From the NCBI GenBank assembly GCA_951406725.2, contig OX597814.1, forward strand, positions 82,522,001-82,586,000: DNA of 64,000 nucleotides, in the 5' to 3' direction. Made by a program: the position numbers and the translations under genes. Below the pieces are notes generated by a model. The model was not told the DNA's origin and ran no database searches. It saw only the letters and a program-made list of their open reading frames with translations. The first letter of the stretch is position 1, and each line of letters begins with the position of its first letter. The stretch is from Octopus vulgaris (lineage: Eukaryota). Below are positions 28,101 through 40,843 of the stretch, in pieces.

Positions 28101-31100
28101 TCAGAATTGTCAAGTCTGAAGCCATGTATACCATAAAGAATCCAGTATTAGGGCAACCACTTGAAACTTCTCTATAATAAATAGTTTTAGAAAATAAATG
28201 TCTCTATTTGCATCCACCTGCTTTTCAAGCAGCTAAGGAAAGTATAAAGGCCCTGGGCTAAAATAAAATCCATCCAAAAACCTTTATTAAAATTGCTCTT
28301 AATGTAAATATAACTGTTAATAAAAAAGTATGATATATATGATTGATGGAAAAAAATGATATGGATTACTTACAGGAAGAGCTATATCTGGTTCTTCTGC
28401 TTTTAAATAAGCCAAACCCAATTTATATACAGCTTCACCAATAATTTTATTATCTTTACCTGAAAAACAGAGGATAATCTATTTAATATGATGTTATGTT
28501 GCTGTGATATATTACAGTGTTCATGTTGTATAGTGGTGATAGTGTGTTCTATGGAAATGATAGTCTGTTCTTTGATGGTAGTGGATAGCTGTATGATAGC
28601 AGAATATTGTTATAAGCAAAAAATAGTAGTGGTACTGCTGTACTCTGAGTTGGTACTGGTGATATGAACTTCCAAAGTTTTCACTGAGCTACTTTCAAAT
28701 AAATTATAAACAATTTGACAACGAAATTCAATTAACCTTTAATGAGTAAGAAATGCTATTTTGCTATCAGATTGTAGCACAGTTGAGCTATGGCAACTCC
28801 AGCCAATCAGGGCTGGGCATGTATTAATACCAAAAGCAGTTCTCTACTCAAGAAGAGTTAAGCAGACGTTTCAGCCAGTTAGCAAAAAGACAACTGCACA
28901 GTAACTTTCACTGAGGTGGTGACCCTTTACTAACATTCTCTCTATAAACCCTTTGACATTCAAATTACTTTGTCAAATGCAATACTTACTCATTCATATT
29001 GTTTTGATTTAATTTTGCATTCTCTCATAGCTTCAAGATTTTGATGATGTTCATTTTTAGAATGATATTGTAGGGTAGGTGTGAGGGACCACATCTGACC
29101 ATTTTGAACATAAATCAAGTAGAACCTTTTGGGCTGGATATGGCTGGTTTAAATACTAAAGGGTTAATATTTTTCTTTTTTCTTGTTTCAGCTCAGAGCT
29201 GCGGCCAGGCTGATGCACTGCCGTTAAAAAAAAACGGATCTCGCGAGACGGATTCGAACCACCGACCTAAGGATTACAGTTTATGATATTGACAATCTAC
29301 AGTCCTCCGCTCTACCAACTGAGCTATCGCGAGAACTTAATGATCAACATTTTGAAAGAAAATTATTTAAAATTAGTAATGATTAATTTCAGATCTGATG
29401 ATAAAATTATAATCACTTCTTCAACATCAGTCATTATGAAGGACCGCACTGAAATTGTTCATACACATACTGAAGCTGAAAGAAATTACTTAGAACAAAT
29501 TTTCTGAATGTTACTGAGGAGCAAGATAGATACATCATTACAAGATGGAATGATGATCTATTCGTCCCAGTCAAACATTACTTTTCTAAACATTTGTTTC
29601 TCATTTGCTCTCTTTAGAAAATTCATCTTAGTTTGTCTGAGTGACAAACTAATTATATTTCCATTTCATAGTTGAGGCATTAGCAGATGGCCAACTGTAA
29701 AACCAAATGTTCCACCAGAAATTATTTTATGCTAGTGAGGATATGGATGTAAATTATAAACAAATGAAATAATATATTCAAATTTTCAACCATTTTTGCC
29801 AAACAGCAAATAGGAAATATAAGATTGCTGCCTAAACCTATACACTGTTGAGAGTATAACATTTGATTTGAAGCTGCATTTTGTTACACACGAATTTCAA
29901 ATCAAAATTCAATCATAGTTTTATCATGTGAACAACCAAGATTTTATCCAATCAATGGTTGTTGTTTATGGGATCGTTTTTTTAGCCTGTCTGGAACTTT
30001 CATGGACAAAGCCTATAAGTACAATCAATTTAAGTGCCAATATCACAGAATTCCACAGACATCAGAGCTGCTATGATGTTCTCCACTCTCACCAGTTTTA
30101 GAGTGTCTTGGCTTGAGCTTTGGATTACACACTCTTTATATAGCTATTCTAACAGCTGCACATTCAATTGAGGATTTCAAAGAAGACATGACATAGCACC
30201 TGTATATTTGCTTAGTATGTAAAAACCAGCCCATGTGTTAAACTTTGAACAAACATTTTTCTTGCATATCATATTATGCTATTTCCACTTTACTGTTACT
30301 ATTAATTGTAATGCATGAATATCCTTTCATACTAATGCAACACAATAAATTATGTTCAAATGCTTGTGCTGTGTTGTGAAATTATTACAAGATATTTTCT
30401 GTAAACTTGGTTTTATATTGGAACAACATGCAGCCTAAACAATATCCAGATACCTATCAACCACAGAGAGATTAAACTCTGGGTTATCCTTCTAGTTTCA
30501 GTATCTTTTGAAGTCAGTATAATGGATTCATTGTTTTTTCCCCATTAGAGTACTTGAAATCAGCAGCACAAACTGTTGAAAAATAATACAGCATTTACAT
30601 GGTTATTCAATCTGTTAGAAATAGCAACCAAATTCTCCTAAAATCACAGCTTCCCCCTTTTAAAAAAGAAACAAGTTATATAACATAAATTTCAATATAT
30701 TTTAAAAGACAGGATGGCCACAGCTGGAAAACTCTTTTTTATAGATTTGCTCCATCACATTGAATTGGGGTTAAACTACAACTATACTGTTTCCTTTCTG
30801 TTATGATACATGGTACACATACATACATGTACATGAAATGATGATAATGTTGATGATGATGATCTAGTTCTCATCACTAAATCTATAGTGGAATCAGAGA
30901 GGGAATTGCAGGCATGGAAGCTAACCACCCCACCTCTCTCACAGTGTCTCTTATCATCTCTCATATTTCCCGCCTGCTGAATAATTCTGTTGTTATGTTG
31001 CTCTTTTTCTGCATTGTTGGTCATCTAATTTTCCCTGTCCCTCATATATCATGGGTTGCCCTCCATTCCTTGTACACCAGTTACCACACCCACCCCTCAG

Positions 31101-32153
31101 CTCTACTCTTCCTTACTTATCATCCCTCAATCAACACTTGATCTTCATTCATTATATTCATCCCAGCACCCATTCCCATCTCTAACCACTTTACAGTGTA
31201 GACTGGATGCTTTTTCTGTGGCACCAGCACTGGCAGGATCACCAAGTAACTCTCCCACACATTCATGCAACTTCTATCTACCCCAACATTCCCAGTTCTC
31301 CTGTTCTCATTCACCTCTACTCACTTTGTACCATGAGGGTCCACTGTAACACTTTATCACCACTGTTTTCACCTCTTTCTAGCCCACTATGATCATTATC
31401 ACCCTCTTCTCTACAATGTGAGTAGCTAAGTAGCACCTCCACAGCAACAGACCTATTCCGTTCAAGTTCCTTCCCCAACACTTTAGCCCCTCCTCACCTA
31501 GTGTTACACCAACACCATCTCCCTCTCTACTGTAGCCCCACTCAGTGAAAGAGGTTCCTAGTCTTGTAAGTTGCATGGCAATCTCAAAACTGCTGGTATC
31601 ATGAAAAGAAGCACTCAGGACATACTGTGAAATGGTTGGCATTAGGAATAGTAACCAGCCATAGAAGCCATCTCAAAGCAGATATTAGTGTAAGATGTGG
31701 CCCTCAGACATGACAGATCCTGTCAAACCAGCTGACCCATCCCAGCATGAAATATAGATGTTAAATAATCAGGCACACACACATGAAGCATGGCTCAGTG
31801 GTTAGAGCATCGAGCTCACAATAATGAGGTAGTGAGCTCAATACCTGAACTAGGCTTGTGTTATGTTCTTGAGCAAGACACTTTATTTCATGTTGTTCCA
31901 GTTCATTCAGCTGTAGAAATGAGTTGCAATGTCACTGCTGGCGAGCTGTACTGGCCTTTGCCTTTCCCTTGGATAATATCAGTGGTGTGGAGAGGAGAGG
32001 CTGGTATGCATGGGCAGCTGTTAGCCTTCCATAAACAACCTTGCCTGGACTTGTGCCTTGGATGTTAACTTTCTAGGTGCAATTCCATGGTCATTCATGA
32101 CCGGAGTGGGGGTCTTTACTCATTCATTCATGATTATGGAGTGGGGGTCTTTA

Positions 32154-32229
<76 letters not shown>

Positions 32230-35200
32230 TAATGTAACGGTGGTTGTTAAGGTGCTGGTTGCCAGTATGCAGGATGGAAGAAGAACAGTGATCGAAGTTT
32301 TAAGCAAATATTTATTTTCCGTTACTTTGTATAATGTCTTACCTCGATGGACAAGAGTGTGTATCATATAAAAACAATAGAGTTATCTTTTCTTGTATGT
32401 TGTTGCTGGTTATGTTTGGTCAACTGCTAGCTGCCCAACTAGGAATTAGAGGAAGATAGAGTGAATCTTAAATGTAGGGAGTCAATAAAATGATACCTTC
32501 ATGGTGCCTGACACTTAAACAGCAGTAGTGTTGTGATAAGACACTGTATCATAGTTGACATTCTCACAGGTAAACCTTCTCTCAGTTGAATTATCTCACT
32601 AACTGGATTTTGCCCTGGCCACCCCTCTGTCATCTCCTTTTTGCCAACTAAATTTTGCTTGGGAATCTTCTGTATATATAAGATTGCAAGAAAGAGTGAC
32701 ATACCATTATCCAAACAATGGGTATTTTGGGAGGTCTATTGTTCTGTCAATTTAAACCCCACCCCCCAGCATACAAAAGGTTAGCAGGGGTCAAGTGGCA
32801 AAGACATAAATCGGCTTAGGGAAGCCATCTGCTGAATGTCACTCTTGTCATAATGTTTCTCCATGGAAAAAGTCCATTGTACTGTTAAGTGAAATTTAGC
32901 AATTGAGGATCGAATCCATGCCATGCCTGCATGATCCACTACAATAATATACATGCACACATACATACACACACATATTGTGAAGGAATCTGGCCTAGTG
33001 GTTGGGGTATTCGACTCAAGATTGTAAGATTGTGGGTTTGATTCCTGGACTAAGTAGCATATTTGTCATTGAGGAACGTACTTCTTTCACATTGCTCCAG
33101 TTTACTCAGCTGTAAATGAGTACTAACCAAGGTCTTGCAGCCTTCACTTCCTCCAGCTATCATATCCTCAATGTGCTAGATCAAGAATGTGATGACCAAG
33201 AGGTTGTTTATGTCTGCTCTCAGCTACACAGACACCTAAAACAATTAGTGAAAGCATGGTACATGTTACCAAGCTATACTCCTTGTCTTTCAAGTTACTT
33301 GGTGATCCTGCCAGTGCTGGTGCCACAGAAAAAGCATCCAGTCTACACTGTAAAGTGGTTGTCATTTGGAAGGGCATCCAGCAGTAAAAACCATGCCAAA
33401 ATTGACCTCACCTGTGCTGGTGCCACATAGAAAGCACTCAGTCAATTCTGTGGAATGGTTGGTGTTAGGAAGGACATCCAGCTGCAAAAACCCTGCCAAA
33501 ACAGACACAGTAGCCTGGTGTAGTCTTCTACCTGGTTGACTCCTGTCAAACCGTCCAACCCATGCCTACATGGAAGACAGATGTTAAACAATAATATGAT
33601 GATGACATATATGTATATATTACATACATACCATCATCATCATTATGTCTCTTTAAATATACATTTTTTTTATATATATATCATATATATCCATACACAC
33701 ACATAGGTAAACAGAGCCAGAAAGTATTAAGTGTCCCAGCTATGGACATAATGTTGTGTTAGTGACTCTCTTTGATGGGTTGTTTTTTATTCAGTTAGTT
33801 ATGACACACAGAAAAACATGTAAAGGAAAGAAAAAAAATAATAATATTTACTTTCTACTGCTTTTTCATGAGCCTTCAGTAAATATTGTAAAGAACTGTC
33901 AAAGCGTTGAATCTTTTCCATGCTATTTGCAATAATGGTATAAATGTCACACAAATGAAGAGTTGCTTGGGTATTCAAATTAACATTATTGTTAGATACC
34001 CAGTCTTTATCAGTGGTTAAATGATAGTACTTCTCCATATTTTCCATAGCTTTGAAATATTCACCTGTAATGAAAAATAAAATGTCACTTCCAAAAGATT
34101 TCTTACAGCAACAGAATATTCTAATTTCTCATATGTTGAAGACTTCTAACATTGGCACAAAGCTACAGATTGAAAGAAGGTAGTTGATTTAGATGCTCCT
34201 TTCTCTCTAGTATTTCATTGGAACTTAATTTACTAGAAAGGTGAAAAGCAAAGTTGACCTTTGATTACAGATTTGATTTTGAAATGTAGAAGGATGAAGC
34301 TACTGTATTTAGTGGCATAGAAGACACATGGGTATATTAGATTATGCACTCCAATTTCAGCAGTGTATATTCAGGGAAAATAGTTTTTAGTGCATTAAAG
34401 CATGTAATATTTAAAGCAACTTCACATATAAGACCTGGGGTGATTTTTTTGAGACATTAAGATGGCATATAAGTGTATCTTATGTGTTATCAAATGCAGT
34501 AAATTTTATAAGATATTTATACGTCGCATGATGATATAAGAATATAAGAACAACAGAATAGGGTGGTAAACTGGCAGAATCATAAGCAGGCTGGGCAAAA
34601 TGCTTAGTGGCATATTGTCTGTCTTTATGTACCGAATTCAAATTTGTTGAAGTCAACTTTGCCTTTCATTCTTTTGGGGTCAATAAAATAAGTGCCAGTT
34701 GAGTACTGGGGTTGATGTAATCAACTTACCCTTCCCCTGAAATTGCTGGCCTTGTGCCAACATTTGAAACCAATATTAGAACAAAATCAACACCGTGCCT
34801 GACTAACTGCTTCTAAGTTCACCCATGGCTCCCTCATATTTTATAGCTTATATCTTATTCTGAGCACTTTGTCCAGTTCTATAGGACTATATCTTTCCAA
34901 AATTTCCCATCCTGCCTACATTTCCACTCTATTAGATGATAATATTTAAGATTCAAACAACACATCAGTTGCCAGAGCAGAAATTTCATATCTGACTGTT
35001 CCAAATATATCAAATTTGAAGTAAAGACATTAAAAAATTCCAGTAACACTATGGAGTTCATAATAACCAGCACTGGATGAAAGATAAATTTTCCCCAATA
35101 TAGTATGCCAGGATAACCACAGTTAAACATTCTTATGAGTTCTGACACTTAATCTTGATGGTTTGGAGAGTTGAAGCATATCAAAATAAGGTTGGTATTA

Positions 35201-35406
35201 AGTGTCCTCTCCAAATAAACAACAAAATGTTTGTATTAAGTCTAGGTCAACCACATGGTTTTGGGTTAAGTCCCACAGCATGGTACCATGGACAAGTGAC
35301 TTATGCTATAGCCCAGGGTCAACCAATACCTTGTGAGAAAATTTCATAGATGGAAACTGTATTGAAGTCCACTACACACACACACACACACACACATCTG
35401 TATATA

Positions 35407-35443
<37 letters not shown>

Positions 35444-36239
35444 GTCTTTGTGTTTCTGTATGTCTCCACTGCCACTGCTTGACAATTGTTGGTTTGTTTA
35501 CATCCCCATAACTTAATGGTTTTGATAAAAGAGACCAAAAGAATAAGTACCAGATATGCCAAAACAGACATGGAGCCCATGCAGCTTTTCAGCTGGCCAG
35601 CTCTTGTCAAACCATCCAACCCATGACAGTATGGAAAACAACCGTTAAATGATGATGATGATGAAAACAATCTATCAGTACATACCACTATCTTTCAAAG
35701 AAAGTGCAATATTACAAAATCCTTCAGCATATGTTTTGCCTCCATCTGTTCGTACGAGTCGACTGACTTCCAGACAAGTTTGGTGGAAATGGTCTGAGAG
35801 CCACTTGTCATCTTTACACGTGAAATAATTGGCAAGCCACAGGCGAGCATCATAAGCTTTGCGGTAATCCTCTGGTGAGAGAAAAAAAAATATGTGAAAA
35901 GAACAGAAAATCATTATGACTATTTTAATCTGAATCATTATTTTCCTTTTTGTAATAGCACCTGTTTTTTTTTTTTTAATTAAGGTTAAACGTTCTGCAA
36001 AATTGCATAGCAAATAAAAGTATGATGATGATGAGGATGGTGATGATGATGATGATGATGATGATGCGGATGATGATGAGGATGATGATGATGATGGTGA
36101 TGATGATGATGATGATGAGGAGGAGGATGAGGATGATGTATATCAAACCTACTGTTTTTCTGTAGCTGTTGCAATCTCTCTGTAACATAATTCAACATAT
36201 AACACATACACTCTTTTGATCTGTGTGTGTGTGTATGAG

Positions 36240-36311
<72 letters not shown>

Positions 36312-39300
36312 TCAACAGTAATTTACTCATTAGATACACTTTTTTTTTACTCATTAGATACTTTTCTGACATTATTAAATATTTTGAAATGATGAACTAA
36401 TCACCTATTTCTAATTGAAGTTTTGTAAAGACTCAAGTTCAGCTGATTTTACAGTAGTATCTAGTTCAATACTTCACACCTATCAGTTCACATCACACAA
36501 GTATCAACAATTCCTTTCATTCTTTCAAAGTCAATAAAATAAAGTAGTATTAAAAGTTGTAAAGAATGCATATGTGTTGTAGAAGCTGCACCATCCCAAA
36601 TGTGTGAGCAAGCATTCTTATTTCCGTTACTTACAACCTATACATTAATGAACTATTTATTCTTTCATGAGCCAACAAGTGGCCAATGTAGTCCTTTGAT
36701 CTGTTAGAAATAGCAGCCAAATCTCCTTCAAATCATACACTACTTACTACCTTATATAAGGACTGAACATATTAGATAACATACTCCTTGAAAAAGGACA
36801 CAGTGGACAATGTAGTTCTTAAAAGTTGAAATGATCACAGATGAAATGTCTTGAGCAAAGGTTTGATCTTAGATTTAAACAGTTTGTAACTAATAAAACA
36901 TACTGATGCATAGATGATATCAAACTTCATCCCACCTTGACCCTATACACCTCATGCAAGGCATGCACTGCTTCCACAAAGAGACATCGAGAAAGTGAGT
37001 GCAGGACAGGTGCACAAAAACTCAATCAGCATACATATCAAGAGGTACATTATATCCTCCCTGCATATGATTGGCATGTAATCAAAGACTCCAAAGTTGC
37101 TACAGATGTTATGTTACTAGTGTAGCTAGAGGGGTGGGCAGAGGGGAAAATTTGCCTCAGGTGGAACTTCTATCGGGGCAGCACCATTTTTGTGTCTGCT
37201 GTAGGCAATATGTAATTTTTGTATTATTTCAAAGGTGGCTAGCTGGCAAGCACGCCAGGTAAAATGCTTAGCGGTATTTCATCTGCCGTTATGCTCTGAA
37301 TTCAAATTCCTCTGAGGTCGACTTTGCCTTTCACCATTTTGGGGTTGATTAAATAAGTACCAGTTATGCACTGATGTTGATGTAATTGACTTAATCCCTT
37401 TGTCTCCTCTATGTTCAGCCCCCTTTGGGCAATAAAGAAATAAATATGTATTTTTTGTGGGTGCCTGGGGGCATCAAACTGAAGGGCTGCCCAGGTGGCA
37501 CATACTCTAGCTACAGTAGTGTGTTATGTGTCATAATCTCTGATATCTCATGGCAACTTGGCATATATTACATTGACAAATTGCATGTGTGTGATGATCT
37601 TCCTCAGTGCATTTCTTTTGCTTTAGTATCAGTAGATGATATTGCTATATGAGTCATGGCTTAGTGGTTAGGGTATTTGACGATTGTAAGGTTGTGAGCT
37701 CGACTCTGGTGGCGTACTGCGCCCTTGAGCAAGACACTTTATTTCACACTGCTCCAGTTCACTAAACTGGCAAAATTAAGCTGCGTCTGTAATTCAAAGG
37801 GCCAACCTTGTCACATTCTGTGTCATGCTGAATCTCTCTGGGAACTATGTTAAAGGTACGCATGTCTGTGGAGTTCTCAGCAACTGTTAATTTCATGAAC
37901 AAGCTACTCCGTTGATTGGATCTTCTGGAACCTTTGTCATCATAACTGGCGGAGTGCCAGACAGCATATGACAACCTAATGCATTCAGTTACTATCTTTG
38001 ATTGTCTTGCTGTTTACTTGCCATCATTTACTTAATAACATTACTGGCTCAACTGCAATCTTGGCAGATAACTCATCGGTCAATTCCAATTGTAGTAGTT
38101 TCTTCTTAATTCATACTCTTTATTCCAAAACAATAACACTTCCATGTGTGTTTCCGTTCACTACTGCTGAGCATAAGTACATCAATATTGTTTCAGAAGC
38201 ACTTCTCCTAAACTATATTCTCATCCATAACGACATACTGTCTTGCATGACACAAAACATTCTCATCTTCTGGCTAGATATATCTGATCTTTATCTCATC
38301 TAACCTCATGATATTGTCCCTTGCTCACTCACCTTTCTTTTGAAAAGTTGTGACAAGGAATCTAAAGATAAGATCAGCTTCTCTCAAAAAATAGGATAGA
38401 GGAATATGATAAAACCACAATCAATGAGGAGACAGAAAAATGAGGCATGACTGATAATTTATGGAAGGGAAAGGGAAGTGGATAACTACTAGCTCTTGTG
38501 AAGCAAAGTCAAGATAATAGATAGAAAGCAGCACTGGAACTGAAAGAATAAACCCATATACCAGGCTTTGGTAACTTCCTCGGTTGGTCTACCATAAAGA
38601 CCAACAACATATGAAAGCTTTTAATTAAGAAAAGAAAATTAAGCCTAATGTTATAAAAAAATTGATTAAAACTTCTAATTTTCACCCTGATTGTTTTATA
38701 GGGCATTGACATAGTAAGTCTAAGTGTTGATTATACTGATACACTGGTAAAGACCCCATTTAGTCATGAATGACTGTAGGATTGCACTGAGAAAGTTAGC
38801 CTCCAGGGCACAAGTCTAGGCAAGGTTGTTTATAGAAGACCAGCAGTCACCCATGCACATCAGCTTCTCCTCTCCATGCCACCAATGTTATCCAAGGGAA
38901 AGGCAAAGGCTGATACAGTTTAGCAGCAGTGACATCACAACTCATTTCTACAGATGAGTGAACTGGAGCAACGTGAAATAAAGTGTCTTGCTCAAGAACA
39001 TAACACACAGTCCAGTCTGGGAATCGAACTCACTACCTCATGATTGTGAGTCTAATGCTCTAACAACTGAGCCACGTGCCTTCACTAATGCTTAGTGTAC
39101 ACTGGTACACTAGTGTACCAGTGTACACTAAGCATTATACTTCACCATAAGGTCCCACACTGGTTGTAGTGTGGTGGCTTGCATGCCTTAATGACCCCGA
39201 GAGTCATACCAGCAAATGCTCGACAGATCAAAGGAAAGAGACCAGATCAACATGGACCATTTCTTCCCAGAGGTAAAAATGGGTTTGTGCAGGGCCAACT

Positions 39301-40675
39301 CTGTTATCTAACAAATGATGGGTTTCTTTCAGTTTCCGTCTGCCAAACCACCTACTCATAAGGCTTTGGTTGGCCCAAGGTTATAGCAGAAGATATTTGC
39401 CTAAGGTGCCACTCAGTGGGACTGAACCCTGAACCATGTCGTTGGGAAGCAAGCTTCTTATCACACAGCCATGCCTGTGCCTATAAAATAAATGTGTCCC
39501 AGGTGTGGATTGAACTCACAACCTTCAGATTCCTATGATTTCATGCTTGATTATGAGACTGACACACTGCCTACTGCACTGATTCAAAAACAAGACCTGG
39601 AAGAGAAAGGCCTTCTCTTAGGGAAACATATAATGCAGTACAGTAAAATAGGAGGTATTCTGAGGTAAAGCTGAAAAAGCAGGGATCTAACAAGGAAATA
39701 GCCATAAAAACAGCCCCAGAATCAAGAATGGTGGTAAAAGAATTTATTGATGACCTTTGTTTCATTAGGTATACAATGTTTAAGTGTTGTTTACCTGATG
39801 GGTGTGAGTTCAATCTCTGGATTAGTAAATCTGGTTAAAGCAAAATTAGTGACATTTCAAGTATAAGAATAACTAATATGAGAATCTTCCTGGCATGAGT
39901 AATGGAGTGAAAACATCTAACCACATGATTTCAATAAAGAGTTTGGTTCAAACCTCAGTGAATGGTAACATGCATCTGAAGAAGGCCAGAGGGTATAATG
40001 ACTGAAACATTGTGGCTAAAACAACCAAGGTGAGGACATTAGTTCAAATATATGCATTTAAGAATAATTCCTCTTCACAGATATTTAGACAAATACACAC
40101 ACACACACACACATAAAATTCTGTATCTCATACTTAATGCATATATACTGTCGAAAGTCTGGAAATTGCAGTATTTATTTTGAGAAAGCATCTCATATAC
40201 ATGTATTGTGTTAAAAAACACAGAAATATATGAGTAGCAAGTGAAAAGTGTTCAGTAGCAGCAGTGTTTGAACTGCAAAATACATATTTCTGCTTCATTG
40301 AGTGTCCTCAATAACAAGAGTTCACTTAGTAACCATTTGCTAAAGTGAGATATTTGCTTCCTTAAGATGAATACAACAGTTTCCAGGACTTCAACAGTAT
40401 ATCAGCATTATGTATGATATACAGAATGCTATTTTGAACTAATACTGCTTCCATTGCTAATAACAAATATATATAATATATATATATATAGGGAGAATTC
40501 ACGAAAAAAACAAAAGACGAAGACAGGTGGTGTAGAAAACAAACAGATGTATTAGTATAACACTCGGGAATTGAAAAAGTCTTTCACATTTTGTGCCTAC
40601 GCTATTCCACAGAAAGGAACACTGAAAGAAACAAGGAGAGAAAAAAATGTGTGTAGTGGCTAGCGATCTATCATG

Positions 40676-40711
<36 letters not shown>

Positions 40712-40793
40712 TTTTTGTGGTTGAAACCTTTTGGATTTACTAGTGCTAGAGTGAGCCACATAGTGACCACTCTCTTATATTTATTATATATAT

Positions 40794-40843
<50 letters not shown>

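Noticed and set aside
31783-31860. tRNA-like A/B-box sequences at SINE heads
   Set aside because: They continue into SINE bodies and do not form full cloverleaves, so they are not counted as tRNA genes
35976-36372. Poly-His and poly-Ile ORFs (also poly-S/P at 17937-18366)
   Set aside because: (GAT)n and (GGT)n simple repeats
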